Assembly (NCBI GenBank): GCA_016182495.1
Contig: JACPGK010000008.1
Span: 2,870 to 66,869 of the forward strand
From: Candidatus Kerfeldbacteria bacterium
Lineage (GTDB): Bacteria; Patescibacteriota; Patescibacteriia; UBA9570
Direction of reading: 5' to 3'
Length of the DNA: 64,000 nucleotides
A model generated the notes under the pieces. The model made no database searches. It had not been told where the DNA came from and was given only the letters and a program-made list of their open reading frames with translations. Shown here in pieces: positions 24,085-34,641 of this stretch; the first letter of the stretch is position 1, and the number at the start of each line of letters is the position of its first letter. The position numbers were made by a program, and so were the translations under genes.

Positions 24085-25031
24085 TATTGTAATAATTTAA
24101 TCTGATCAATCTTGCCAGCTAGCTTACTATATTCTGTTGTGACGCGGTCAAGAGCTCCTTTAGTATTCGTCACGTGTGTGGTGAGTACCCCCAAGGCATC
24201 CCCTACCTTTTGAGCATCTTTGGTCATACCTTCCAGGCTCATCAAAATACGTTGAGCTTGTTCTTCAATTTTTTTACCTTGCATGCCAATCATAATAACT
24301 TTCAAAAAATAAAAAAAACTATTGGGTGATACTAACAACACCTTGCGTTCGTAGGCGTAACCGGTGAGATCAGTGACATCGCGAATAATTTCATAATAAA
24401 CGGCTTCGGATGGCACATACAGCACGGCAAAATTTACGGTGCCGGCTTCGGGGACAATGTATTTACGCGCTACATCAGTGATATGTTTTTTAACGTCGCG
24501 AAAAAAAAGTTTTTTAGCGTCATCGGCAGCAGCACTGGTATCAGCCAACATCATTTCATCAAAATTTTCTAAGGGAAATTTTGAGTCGATCCCAATTAAG
24601 CCATTATCGGTTTTTAGCACCGCATCAACAATTTCGCCACTGCCAAATTTATACTGCATTTCAAAAAACGATTGGGGGAAATGTTGACTTAACAAATCAC
24701 GCAGCACTTGCTCACCGATGTTGCCGCGTAATTTTGGTGATTTTAAAAACGACTGTAAATCTTTCATGCCACGACCTAGTTCTTGCACCTGGCCTAATTC
24801 TTTACTGACATCGGCAATCACTCGAGCCGCGTTATCAAGCCGGTTATTCAAGCCATGGCTTACTTGATCAAGACGCTGCTGCATACCTTGAATATTTTGA
24901 TTCAACAGCGTCAGCGAAGTATCATCCTTTGGTGCATTCAAATAGTGACGCAACCGACGATCAATCAAAACATACAGTACCACTACAGCGCCACTAAAGA
25001 TGACTGCCAGACTAAACCATTGCCAGATCAT
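24084..25031 (-). CDS. rmuC: DNA recombination protein RmuC family
   Basis: N-terminal TM, coiled coil, PKLRGNIGE, IDSKFP, KYI.P, PSEAVY. Confidence 0.92.
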   Translation of the reverse strand: MIWQWFSLAVIFSGAVVVLYVLIDRRLRHYLNAPKDDTSLTLLNQNIQGMQQRLDQVSHGLNNRLDNAARVIADVSKELGQVQELGRGMKDLQSFLKSPKLRGNIGEQVLRDLLSQHFPQSFFEMQYKFGSGEIVDAVLKTDNGLIGIDSKFPLENFDEMMLADTSAAADDAKKLFFRDVKKHITDVARKYIVPEAGTVNFAVLYVPSEAVYYEIIRDVTDLTGYAYERKVLLVSPNSFFYFLKVIMIGMQGKKIEEQAQRILMSLEGMTKDAQKVGDALGVLTTHVTNTKGALDRVTTEYSKLAGKIDQIKLLQ

Positions 25032-25043
25032 GGCCGGATTGTA

Positions 25044-25922
25044 TCAAGAAAGACGAAACAACTCAATGGCATTGGCTGTAGTGTGCTTGGCGACGGTGGC
25101 ATAATCAACCCCGTGTAGTTTGGCCAAAGCTTCGGCCACGTAAGATACGTAGGCTGGTTCGTTGCGTTGGCCACGATGTGGTACCGGGGTTAAATATGGA
25201 GCATCAGTTTCGAGTAACAATCGATCCAGGGGTACCAGTGTAGCAGCGGCTTGAACATTGCTGGCCTGAGGAAAAGTAACAATACCAGTAAAACCAATGT
25301 ACCAGCCTAGTTCTAAAAACTGTTCAATACACTCAACCGGGCCGGTATAGCAATGAATTACTCCTCTCACCTGACCGTGATATTCACGGAGTAATTGCAA
25401 TAAATCGTTAAAAGCAGCTGTCGTGGTAGCAGTATGGATAGCGGCATCGCGACAATGAATGATAATGGCTAAATCTAATTCGTGAGCCAGCGCCAAGTGT
25501 TGGCGTAGAGTGGCAATTTGTTGTTGTTGCAGTTCAACTCGGTGGGCTTGTAACTGGGCTCGCTCAAAATGCAAATAATCCAGTCCGCATTCGCCAATGG
25601 CCACCACTCGAGATGATGATTGAGCTAATTGCTTATAGCGTTGGTAGTCAAATTGTTCAGCCCGCGTTTGAATGCGCTGATGCGTTTCGCCAATGGTTTG
25701 GATTTCAGTAATATCGCTAAATAAATGAATGGGGTGCACTCCTACTGCTGCCCATACACCGTGCGCCCACTGTTGGGCCAGTTGTACCGAGCGCTGTGAT
25801 GATTCCCATTGGGTACCAACATTAATCAATTGTACCTGCTGATCAAGGGCTCGCTGAATAACCGCCTCGGCATCGTTGGCAAACGGCTGAAAATTAACAT
25901 GAGTATGGGTATCAATCACCAT
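25044..25922 (-). CDS. tatD: TatD family nuclease
   Basis: IDTHTH, GVHP, AIGECGLDY, HCR, HCY, LETDAPYL, RNEP. Confidence 0.95.
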   Translation of the reverse strand: MVIDTHTHVNFQPFANDAEAVIQRALDQQVQLINVGTQWESSQRSVQLAQQWAHGVWAAVGVHPIHLFSDITEIQTIGETHQRIQTRAEQFDYQRYKQLAQSSSRVVAIGECGLDYLHFERAQLQAHRVELQQQQIATLRQHLALAHELDLAIIIHCRDAAIHTATTTAAFNDLLQLLREYHGQVRGVIHCYTGPVECIEQFLELGWYIGFTGIVTFPQASNVQAAATLVPLDRLLLETDAPYLTPVPHRGQRNEPAYVSYVAEALAKLHGVDYATVAKHTTANAIELFRLS

Positions 25923-26205
25923 ATACCCCAATCACACTGCCTACCACCATCACATAGTTCATCAGGCGAGATTCTTCAAAAGTGACTTGTACAATATCAG
26001 GCAGACTTTGCAATGATATCCACCATAACACCAACACCATCAACACCAAACTGATCAATCCACCAACCAGAGCACTCACTAATCGACTTAGTCCCCCAAT
26101 CAGTGGTATCCAACTGATAATTTTAAATAGTTTACGCAGCCCGCCTGTAATTACACTGGCCGTAATAATAGTAGTAATGATGATAACCCAATCAAACCAA
26201 GTCAT
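25912..26205 (-). CDS. Short CvpA-like membrane protein (apparently internally shortened)
   Basis: MTWFDWVII start and IPLIGGLSRLVSALVG..EESRL end resemble CvpA termini; only 97 aa. Confidence 0.5.
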   Translation of the reverse strand: MTWFDWVIIITTIITASVITGGLRKLFKIISWIPLIGGLSRLVSALVGGLISLVLMVLVLWWISLQSLPDIVQVTFEESRLMNYVMVVGSVIGVYGD

Positions 26206-26218
26206 AATAGGCTAGCTG

Positions 26219-27667
26219 TTATAAAATACGTGGAAATAACGGCGGTAATTTAGCTAAGATAGCTTGAGAAAAATGTTGCTGAATGACAGCGGCGGTGCTG
26301 GGTAAAAATGGCTCTAACGCTAGCGCGATATCTTGAATCATAACCACTAATTTTCCTAACACGGTTTGAAGTTTATCAACATTACTAACGGCGTATAGCT
26401 CCCAGGGTTTTTCATCATCAACCATTTTATTGGCTCGACGAATGATCACCCACGTTTTTTCCAGAGCTTCGTTAAAACGGTACTGTGATGTTAATAATTG
26501 TACTTCTTCTAGTGGTGATGTTACTTCGTTATCGTCATCGCTGGCGTAGGCTGGCACTACTCCAGCCAGGTACCGTTCTACCATATTCGATACTCGGCTA
26601 ATCAAGTTGCCAAGATCGTTAGCTAAATCGGCATTATATTTTTCTACAAAACGGTCTTCGGAAAAATCTCCATCATCCATGGCTGGAATTTCGCGTAATA
26701 AATAATAGCGCACTGCTTCACTGCCATAATTATGCACCAGAGTAAATGGATCAACCACATTGCCTAATGATTTACTCATTTTTTTGCCATCAACTGATAC
26801 ATACCCATGAATAAAAATCGATTTCGGTACGGCTATACCAGCTGATAACAACATGGCTGGCCAATACATAGCATGAAAACGTGAAATACCTTTACCAATC
26901 ATGTGCACATCGGCTGGCCAATACTGATCAAATGCAGTGGCATTATTACTGCCATAGCCTAAGGCGGTAATATAGTTACTTAAAGCATCAAACCACACAT
27001 ACATCATTTGATCAGGATCATTTGGCACTGGTACGCCCCAATCACCGGCCCGCTGGCGTGACCGTGAAATGGAAAAATCTTCTAGCCCGCGGCGGATAAA
27101 GGCCAATACTTCATTGCGTCTAAATTTAGGCACAATTTGAATAGCGCCCGACTCTACTAACCGTAATAGCGTAGCTTGATAATTTGATAGTTTAAAAAAA
27201 TAATTATCTTCTTCCACGATTTCTAATGACACAAAATGTTCCGGGCACTTACCATCAATTAAATCTTTATCGGCATAAAAAGCTTCGCAACCAACACAAT
27301 ATAAACCGCGGTAATGTTTGCGATAAATATCTTCTGGTCGGCAAGCTTGCCATAAGGCTTGCGCGCCAAGATGATGCGCCGGGCTGGAGGTGCGAATAAA
27401 TTGATCCAGCGATACCTGTAAGGTTTCGGCCAAGCGTTGAAATAAAGCCGCGTTACGATCACATAGTTGTTGGGTAGTTAATTGAGCAGCGGCGGCAGCC
27501 CGAACGTTTTTGGTGCTATTTTCATCAACCCCACTCAAAAAATAGGTATCGTCGCCAATAATACGATGATAACGCGCCATCACATCGGCCTGCACCAATT
27601 CTAAAGCATGGCCAATATGTGGCTGGGCATTCACATAAGGAATGGCAGTGGTTAAATAAAATTTCAT
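26219..27667 (-). CDS. metG: Methionine--tRNA ligase (short form)
   Basis: YVNAQPHIGH, YCVGCE..CPEH, YVWFDAL, KMSKS; no C-terminal tRNA-binding domain. Confidence 0.96.
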   Translation of the reverse strand: MKFYLTTAIPYVNAQPHIGHALELVQADVMARYHRIIGDDTYFLSGVDENSTKNVRAAAAAQLTTQQLCDRNAALFQRLAETLQVSLDQFIRTSSPAHHLGAQALWQACRPEDIYRKHYRGLYCVGCEAFYADKDLIDGKCPEHFVSLEIVEEDNYFFKLSNYQATLLRLVESGAIQIVPKFRRNEVLAFIRRGLEDFSISRSRQRAGDWGVPVPNDPDQMMYVWFDALSNYITALGYGSNNATAFDQYWPADVHMIGKGISRFHAMYWPAMLLSAGIAVPKSIFIHGYVSVDGKKMSKSLGNVVDPFTLVHNYGSEAVRYYLLREIPAMDDGDFSEDRFVEKYNADLANDLGNLISRVSNMVERYLAGVVPAYASDDDNEVTSPLEEVQLLTSQYRFNEALEKTWVIIRRANKMVDDEKPWELYAVSNVDKLQTVLGKLVVMIQDIALALEPFLPSTAAVIQQHFSQAILAKLPPLFPRIL

Positions 27668-28725
27668 TCTTCTAAACGGTTTTGTTCACGACGACGTTCG
27701 GCAAAAAAATCATCCGTAAAGGTGCTTAGTACCGTAATAATAGGAACGGCCAACAACATACCGGCTAACCCAGCCAATTTAGCACCTACTAATAAACCAA
27801 TAATCACAATGATAGGATTCAAGCCAACCGCCCGACGCATCACTCGCGGTACTAAAAATTGATTTTCAATTTGTTGAATGGCGATAAATACAATCAACAC
27901 AAAAAATACCTTGTATGGTGCCGCAGTAAAATCAGCCAGAGCAAAAAATAAGGCTGGAATGGCAGCGATGACTGGCCCAATAATTGGAATAAACTCTGTT
28001 AGGCCGGCTAACAAACCTAGCACCAAAGCGTATTTTACACCCAAAATCCACATTGATACACCCACCAGTATGCCAACAAAACACATCAGCACTACTTGCC
28101 CCCATAACCAGCTGCTTAATTTAGTTTGGATTTGATTTAATTTATGAATCACGTACGGCTGATACTGCACCGGCATAATGGCTTGAATAAATTTTTTGAT
28201 GCCATCTTCTTCTACCGTCATATAAAAGGCAATCACCAGCACGGCCACGGTGGCTGCCACACCGCCAAACACCGAGGCAATAGCAGCATAAAAGGTTGAG
28301 CCAACGTTAGAAATACTTTGTACTGCAGTATCAAGGGTTGATTGCAAAGTAGCTAGCAAACCAACTTGAGCGGTGGTGTTTTGCAAAAAGGCGATGCCAT
28401 CGCGAATTGAACTGTAATAGGATGGAAAATCATAAGCAATACTAGCCAATTCATGTGATACTGGTGGCACCAATAAAATGATAATGCCAACAATAATGGC
28501 GATAAATAAAATATACACTGACAAAATACCCAAAGCGCGAGGAATATTATAGCGCTGTAAACGATTCACCCAGGGATGTAAAGCCGACGCCAATACCCAA
28601 GCGATAATGACAATGGCAATAATATCGCGCACCGCCCATAAAAACACCAACCCAACACCGGCCAAAATAACCTTGATGATAGTAAGACTAGAAATATTCA
28701 CTTGCACTGGGGTTGGCGACGACAT
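27664..28725 (-). CDS. AI-2E (PerM) family transporter
   Basis: Multi-TM, IPIIGP, QQIENQFLVPRVM..VGLNP, GMLLAVP. Confidence 0.92.
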   Translation of the reverse strand: MSSPTPVQVNISSLTIIKVILAGVGLVFLWAVRDIIAIVIIAWVLASALHPWVNRLQRYNIPRALGILSVYILFIAIIVGIIILLVPPVSHELASIAYDFPSYYSSIRDGIAFLQNTTAQVGLLATLQSTLDTAVQSISNVGSTFYAAIASVFGGVAATVAVLVIAFYMTVEEDGIKKFIQAIMPVQYQPYVIHKLNQIQTKLSSWLWGQVVLMCFVGILVGVSMWILGVKYALVLGLLAGLTEFIPIIGPVIAAIPALFFALADFTAAPYKVFFVLIVFIAIQQIENQFLVPRVMRRAVGLNPIIVIIGLLVGAKLAGLAGMLLAVPIITVLSTFTDDFFAERRREQNRLEE

Positions 28726-28728
28726 ACG

Positions 28729-30003
28729 TTATGATACGGTCGTTAAGATTGATGGCTGCTTGATACGCTGTGGACCGATACTAGCCAGCGTAAGATTGCC
28801 AGGCCTAAATAATTGTCGAGCCACGCGTCGCACTAACTGACGATCCACTTTGGCAATCTGTTTAAGCTTTACAGTAGGAGAAATAAGCTTTCCCGTCAAG
28901 ACAGCTTGCCGACCATACCACGAGGCTACCGCTGAAGAATCTTCTAATCGTAACGCGAGCTGACCTTTAATAAATTCCTGGGCGCTGTGTAGTTCTTCAC
29001 TGGTGACGAGGTCTTTTTTGAGCAATTGCAACTCTGTACTAATGGCTGTAATTGCTTGATTAATCCGCTGATTATCAACTCCGGCTTGGATAGAAAAAAT
29101 GCCAGTATCGGTATACGAGCTAGCTTCGGCATGAATGGAATAACATAAGCCTTGGCGTTCACGCACTCGAATAAATAATCGAGAGCTCATATTACCGCCT
29201 AAAATAATTGCCAGCACTTGGGCGGCCGGTAACCACGGGTGATGATACGGATACGCCACCAAACCTAAACCGAGCTGGGTTTGCTGGGTATCTTTGTGAC
29301 GATACACGATGGTTGACTGACGCTGCGATTGACTAAATGGCTTCGGACGCAAACGCCGGTGCGGTTGTGTATAATTACCAAAATAACGCCGCGCCAACGC
29401 CAGTGTATTATGTGGCACATTACCAGCGATCACAAGCTGCATGGTACTAGGCCGATAATGCTGCTGCATAAATCGAAAAAAGGCCTGGCGAGGTAAATGA
29501 GTAATATTGGGTTTTGGTCCGGCAATATCGTATCCCAGTGGATGGTGTTCGCCAAATACTCCCATTTCTAAAACCGTATCCAAGTGCATCAGAGGATTAT
29601 CTTGATACATGTTAATTTCCTCTACAATCACTCCCCGTTCGCGTTCAATTTCTTTAGGGTCAAACACTGAATGAAATAACATGTCCGATAATAAATCGAG
29701 AGCCAGTTCAGTATGTTGGTTAGCTAACTTAATATAATATAAAGTATGGTCTTTAGCAGTATAGGCATTGTATTCGGCTCCCACGCTATCAAGCGCCTTG
29801 GAAATATCCAGGGTGGTGGGACGCCGGGTAGTACCCTTAAACATCAAATGCTCTAAAAAATGAGAAATGCCATTATTGGTTTTGGTTTCATAGCGTGATC
29901 CAACGGGAATTAACACCATCACGGTAACAGCGGCTGTATCGTGCTGGGTTACCGTAACAACGTTCAGGCCGTTAGCTAGTCGGTGTGATTTGATCATGTA
30001 CAT
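28729..30003 (-). CDS. M16 (pitrilysin) family zinc peptidase
   Basis: GSRYE..GISHFLEHLMFKGT inverted zinc motif; MSSRLF..VRERQGLCY. Confidence 0.93.
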   Translation of the reverse strand: MYMIKSHRLANGLNVVTVTQHDTAAVTVMVLIPVGSRYETKTNNGISHFLEHLMFKGTTRRPTTLDISKALDSVGAEYNAYTAKDHTLYYIKLANQHTELALDLLSDMLFHSVFDPKEIERERGVIVEEINMYQDNPLMHLDTVLEMGVFGEHHPLGYDIAGPKPNITHLPRQAFFRFMQQHYRPSTMQLVIAGNVPHNTLALARRYFGNYTQPHRRLRPKPFSQSQRQSTIVYRHKDTQQTQLGLGLVAYPYHHPWLPAAQVLAIILGGNMSSRLFIRVRERQGLCYSIHAEASSYTDTGIFSIQAGVDNQRINQAITAISTELQLLKKDLVTSEELHSAQEFIKGQLALRLEDSSAVASWYGRQAVLTGKLISPTVKLKQIAKVDRQLVRRVARQLFRPGNLTLASIGPQRIKQPSILTTVS

Positions 30004-31276
30004 ATTGATCTACTTGATTAAGTGGTACGCGTACTTGAGTCATGGCATCGCGTTGTCGAATAGTAACGGCGTGGTCGATCACGGAATCAAAATCAATCGT
30101 GATGCAGTACGGCGTGCCAATTTCATCTTGGCGACGATAGCGCTTACCAATACTTTGCGTGGTATCAAAATCACAGCGCCAACGCTTACTTAATTGTTGA
30201 TACAATGGTTCGGTTAAGGCAGCCAGTTCGGGTTTGCGAGCTAACGGCAACACCGCCACTTGATACGGTGCCAACTGCGGAGTAAAACGTAACACTACGC
30301 GAGTTTCGCCATTGACGGTTTCGGTATGATACGCACTTAACAGTAGCGCCAACATAGTACGATCTACCCCCATGGTGGGCTCGATAATATGGGGTAAAAA
30401 TTTTTTGGTCGGATCCATCGGATCGGTATATTCTAATTTTTCGCCTGATTGAATTTGGTGATTACGTAAATCAAAATCACCTCGGTAAGCTAGCCCCCAC
30501 AATTCTTTACGCCCAAATGGAAAATCGAATTCAAAATCAATCGTCCGTTGTGAGTAATGAGCGCGCTCGTCCGCTGGCACCTCGTAGCGATGCAAGGCAG
30601 CAATATCAAGGCCCAGTTGTTGAGCCCACTGCTCCATCCATTGAGCCCACTGCTCAAACTGTTCAACCCAGTTTGCAGGTTCCACAAAGTATTCTATTTC
30701 CATTTGTTCAAATTCGAGTGTTCTAAAAATATAATTACCAGGAGTGATTTCGTTGCGAAAAGCCTTGCCAATTTGAGCAATGCCAAAGGGTAGGCGTTGC
30801 CGAGTAGTGTTTAATACATTACGAAAATTAACAAACATGGCTTGAGCCGTTTCGGGCCGTAAATACACTGGTGTAGTGCTATCAGCCACTGGACCAATCC
30901 AGGTTTTGAACATTAAATTAAAATCGCGCGGGGCAGATAAACTACCACCACAGTTGGGACAGTTGGATGTATCAAGATCATTCGCTCGATACCGCCGATG
31001 ACAGGCCTGACATTCCTTCATTGGATCATGAAATGTATCAACATGGCCCGATGCTTGCCACACTTTTGGATTCATTAAAATGGCACCATCCAACCCCACT
31101 ATATCAGGCCGTTGCTCAACCACCTGCTGCCACCACAACCGCTTGATATTAAAACGTAACTGGGCGCCAAGCGGACCGTAATCCCAGGCATTAGCTAAGC
31201 CACCGTAAATTTCTGACCCCGGATAAATAAACCCGCGCTGCTTAGCTAACGAAATAACAGTATCAATATCAACCAT
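29972..31276 (-). CDS. glyQS: Glycine--tRNA ligase, homodimeric type
   Basis: EIYGG..WDYGPLG, YLRPETAQ, GKAFRNEITP, IGKRYRRQDEIGTP. Confidence 0.96.
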   Translation of the reverse strand: MVDIDTVISLAKQRGFIYPGSEIYGGLANAWDYGPLGAQLRFNIKRLWWQQVVEQRPDIVGLDGAILMNPKVWQASGHVDTFHDPMKECQACHRRYRANDLDTSNCPNCGGSLSAPRDFNLMFKTWIGPVADSTTPVYLRPETAQAMFVNFRNVLNTTRQRLPFGIAQIGKAFRNEITPGNYIFRTLEFEQMEIEYFVEPANWVEQFEQWAQWMEQWAQQLGLDIAALHRYEVPADERAHYSQRTIDFEFDFPFGRKELWGLAYRGDFDLRNHQIQSGEKLEYTDPMDPTKKFLPHIIEPTMGVDRTMLALLLSAYHTETVNGETRVVLRFTPQLAPYQVAVLPLARKPELAALTEPLYQQLSKRWRCDFDTTQSIGKRYRRQDEIGTPYCITIDFDSVIDHAVTIRQRDAMTQVRVPLNQVDQYVHDQITPTS

Positions 31277-31285
31277 GACGATAAT

Positions 31286-31807
31286 TTATTTTAGTGGTGA
31301 GTGACGATAAATGACACCATTAGTATAGTTCGACACAGTAATAGCAAACGGCAAGGTAAACAAGCCGCCAATTAAAAAAACAAATAAGCCAGCTGAACCA
31401 ATTAAGCCGGCCAAATACCCAATTGCCAAGCCAATTAAAATAGCCACAAAGTTGGTTTTGATATATGGCCAAATGTATTGTTTAATTTTCAGACAATCAC
31501 GGATTGTTCGGCCAGTCGCCAGTAAAGGCATATAGGCTGGGTGCACAAACCACAACACTACACTATAGGCTAGGGTCAGGAGATACCCCAGCATGCCACT
31601 GAACAATACAATGCTCAATAGTGGCTTTTGCTCAATCGCTAGTTGCGTACAACGAACGCCATAGCCAATTAAAAACGGTAAGCCGATAATAAAAAATGAT
31701 AGCCCTAATAAAACAGCGCCTTGACCGCATAACTTTGAAAACCAGTTTGGATCGCGCCATGGATAATGAATGATCTCACTAAAATCAGCGCTACTTAAAC
31801 TCATCAT
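31286..31807 (-). CDS. DUF4013-like membrane protein (short)
   Basis: YPWRDPNWFSKL..FIIG..FLIGY motif, several TMs. Confidence 0.6.
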   Translation of the reverse strand: MMSLSSADFSEIIHYPWRDPNWFSKLCGQGAVLLGLSFFIIGLPFLIGYGVRCTQLAIEQKPLLSIVLFSGMLGYLLTLAYSVVLWFVHPAYMPLLATGRTIRDCLKIKQYIWPYIKTNFVAILIGLAIGYLAGLIGSAGLFVFLIGGLFTLPFAITVSNYTNGVIYRHSPLK

Positions 31808-31889
31808 ACTGGCGATAGTATACTGGAATTCATAGTATCATGCAACTTTGCTATCTTTTTATTAATTTTTTTTCTGCTATACTAAATTT

Positions 31890-32249
31890 ATGGAACTCAA
31901 TCCCCTCACTCCTGAAGAAGAACGCGTTATCGTGCACAAAGGTACTGAAGCTCCGTTTACTGGTGAATATGATGATTTCTTTGCAGACGGTACTTATATC
32001 TGCCGGCGCTGCAACGCTCCATTATATACTTCTGATAGTAAATTTCATTCTGGCTGTGGCTGGCCAAGTTTCGATCAAGAAATTCCTGGCGCGGTGCAGC
32101 GCACACTAGATGATGATGGCCGCCGTACCGAAATTACCTGTAATCATTGCGATGCCCATTTGGGACACGTGTTTGAAGGTGAACATTTAACCGAAAAAAA
32201 TGTCCGGCACTGTGTTAATTCTTTGTCGATGAAATTTATTCAAAAGTGA
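31890..32249 (+). CDS. msrB: Peptide methionine-R-sulfoxide reductase
   Basis: GTEAPFTG, two CxxC zinc motifs, GCGWPSF, HLGHVF, RHCVNS. Confidence 0.96.
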   Translation: MELNPLTPEEERVIVHKGTEAPFTGEYDDFFADGTYICRRCNAPLYTSDSKFHSGCGWPSFDQEIPGAVQRTLDDDGRRTEITCNHCDAHLGHVFEGEHLTEKNVRHCVNSLSMKFIQK

Positions 32250-32260
32250 AAAATTTGGGC

Positions 32261-32289
32261 TTGACAGCCTAATAAAGCCTTGTTAGACT
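32261..32289 (+). promoter_or_regulatory. Sigma-70 promoter of rpmA (leaderless)
   Basis: TTGACA (32261-32266), 17 bp, TG-t-TAGACT (32284-32289), 7 nt, ATG. Confidence 0.8.
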
Positions 32290-32296
32290 AGCGCCT

Positions 32297-32581
32297 ATGG
32301 CACATACAAAAGCAGGTGGGTCTACCAGTTTAGGACGTGATTCCGTATCAAAACGGTTAGGAGTAAAACGCTATGCCGGTCAAGTTGTGTTGGCTGGTGA
32401 AATATTAGTGCGTCAACATGGCACTAAATTTCATCCTGGAAAAAATGTCCGTCGGGGTGAAGATGATACCTTATACGCTAGCGCCGCTGGAGTGGTTCAA
32501 TTTACTGCCCGCAGTGTGCGTCAATTTACTGGTAAGCTAGCGCGTCGACAATTTGTGAACGTGGTGCCGACGACGGCTTAA
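32297..32581 (+). CDS. rpmA: 50S ribosomal protein L27
   Basis: [33 protein letters not shown]. Confidence 0.97.
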   Translation: MAHTKAGGSTSLGRDSVSKRLGVKRYAGQVVLAGEILVRQHGTKFHPGKNVRRGEDDTLYASAAGVVQFTARSVRQFTGKLARRQFVNVVPTTA

Positions 32582-34195
32582 CGACGCTTTCATAAAACCT
32601 AAAAATAATGGATGCGGTTGCAAAGGCCGCGATTTTAATTCTGGATGAAATTGTGTACCTACAAACCAAGGATGGGGTTTATATTCAGCAATCTCAACTA
32701 AATCTTGATCGGGATTGATGCCTGAAAATACTACTCCCACTTTTTCTAAAATTGGACGATAGGCATTATTAAATTCATAACGGTGACGGTGACGTTCGGA
32801 AATTAAAGTTTGGCGGTAGGCAGCATAGGCTTGAGTACCTTTTTTTAGGCTACAAGGATACGCGCCTAATCGCATGGTACCGCCATAGTTATTGGCTCGA
32901 ATATTTTTTTGTTGGAATGGATTCACATGAATAATCGGATGACTGGTAGCATCATTAATCTCAATAGTATGGGCGGTTTTTAATTTTGCCCGGTGGCGAG
33001 CAATTTCAATCATGGCTAATTGCATACCATAACAGAGCCCTAAATATGGAATGCCATGCTCACGCACAAACTGAACAGCTTTAATAATACCTTCTACTCC
33101 GCGCGTACCAAAACCACCAGGTACAATAATACCATCAAATTGAGCTAGCTCCTTAACTCGCTGCGGATGGTGTTCATACACTTCGGCATCAATCCAGGTT
33201 AATTTTGGTTTAACGCCATGAGTCCAAGCAGCGTGCCGAACAGCCTCGATCACTGAAATATAAGAATCCGCTAAGGTGAAATCACCCGTGCCAAAATATT
33301 TACCAACGACCCCGATATTAACTTGGCCGGTAGCGGTACGAATACGCTTCACTAACTTATTCCAATCAGCTGACTGTGAAGCCCGAGCCCGCAACTGGAG
33401 TCGCTGCAATAACTGATCGCCTAGTTTCTGTTTTTCTAACAGTAACGGCACTTCGTAAATAACATCAACATCTGGAGCTGAAATGGCCCGTTGGGGTGGA
33501 ATACCACAAAAGGTGGCTAATTTTTCGCGACGTTTTTTATCTAATTCTCGATCAGCTCGAGCAATAATAAAATCAACCTGAATACCAGCCGAATTCAACG
33601 TACGAGCGGCTGATTGAGTAGGTTTTGTTTTCATTTCTCCTACCCGAGCTGGAATTGGCAAATAACTCACCAACACAAAGGCAACGTCTTCTGGATGTTT
33701 AGTATACATCATCCGAGCAGCCTCTAAAAACAAGATGTTTTGATATTCCCCCACCGTGCCACCAACTTCGATAATCGTCACATCGGCTCGGTTAGTGCGC
33801 TGGGCCTTTTTGATGCGCCGGATAATTTCTTCTGGAATATGGGGTACTACTTCTACACAGGCGCCATTATATTCTAAATTACGCTCACGATTAATCACGG
33901 TGTGATATACTCGACCGGTAGTCATGTAATTCACCGAGTAAATGTTAGTGTTCAAAAACCGTTCATAATTACCAATATCTTGATCGGTTTCATCTTTATC
34001 TTCAGTCACAAATACTTCGCCATGTTCAGTGGGATTCATCGTACCAGCATCAAGGTTAATATACGGATCGGCCTTAATAGCTGTTACTTTAAGCCCTTTG
34101 GCTAATAAAATGCGCCCGATACTGGCAGTGGTAATGCCCTTACCCACGCTTGACATCACGCCACCAACTACAAAAATAAACTTTGGTCGGGCCAT
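32537..34195 (-). CDS. pyrG: CTP synthase
   Basis: [48 protein letters not shown]. Confidence 0.97.
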   Translation of the reverse strand: MARPKFIFVVGGVMSSVGKGITTASIGRILLAKGLKVTAIKADPYINLDAGTMNPTEHGEVFVTEDKDETDQDIGNYERFLNTNIYSVNYMTTGRVYHTVINRERNLEYNGACVEVVPHIPEEIIRRIKKAQRTNRADVTIIEVGGTVGEYQNILFLEAARMMYTKHPEDVAFVLVSYLPIPARVGEMKTKPTQSAARTLNSAGIQVDFIIARADRELDKKRREKLATFCGIPPQRAISAPDVDVIYEVPLLLEKQKLGDQLLQRLQLRARASQSADWNKLVKRIRTATGQVNIGVVGKYFGTGDFTLADSYISVIEAVRHAAWTHGVKPKLTWIDAEVYEHHPQRVKELAQFDGIIVPGGFGTRGVEGIIKAVQFVREHGIPYLGLCYGMQLAMIEIARHRAKLKTAHTIEINDATSHPIIHVNPFQQKNIRANNYGGTMRLGAYPCSLKKGTQAYAAYRQTLISERHRHRYEFNNAYRPILEKVGVVFSGINPDQDLVEIAEYKPHPWFVGTQFHPELKSRPLQPHPLFLGFMKASLSRRRHHVHKLSTR

Positions 34196-34199
34196 ACCA

Positions 34200-34625
34200 C
34201 TATGATAGTTTGGTAATATTTACTTGCACTTGAACAGCATCAATTGTTGGATAAGACACGGTGGCGGTATATTGACCAATGGCTTTGATTGGTTCAATCA
34301 TTACTTGGGCTGGTGTAGTTGAACAGTGATACTGTTGAGTAATGTGTTCGGCCAATTGAGCAGGGGTAATAGCTGCGAATAAAGTACCGGCAGCAGAGGC
34401 TTTGGCTGGCAAGGTAAGCGTAGCCGTACGCAACTGATCAGCCACCTGCTGATACTGCTGATGTTGTTCAGCCTGATCGGCCTGTTGACGAACGTGATGT
34501 TGTTCAGCTTCAGCTACAGTAGTGGCAGTAGCGACGCGAGCTAACTTTTTAGGCAATAAATAATTACGGGCATAGCCATCGGCAACATTTTTTATTTCTC
34601 CGGTAGTAGCCATGATCACTTTCAT
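34200..34625 (-). CDS. rplI: 50S ribosomal protein L9
   Basis: MKVI, GEIKNVADGYARNYLLP, GTLFAAIT, PIKAIG. Confidence 0.9.
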   Translation of the reverse strand: MKVIMATTGEIKNVADGYARNYLLPKKLARVATATTVAEAEQHHVRQQADQAEQHQQYQQVADQLRTATLTLPAKASAAGTLFAAITPAQLAEHITQQYHCSTTPAQVMIEPIKAIGQYTATVSYPTIDAVQVQVNITKLS

Positions 34626-34641
34626 AAGTAGTAGTATAGCA

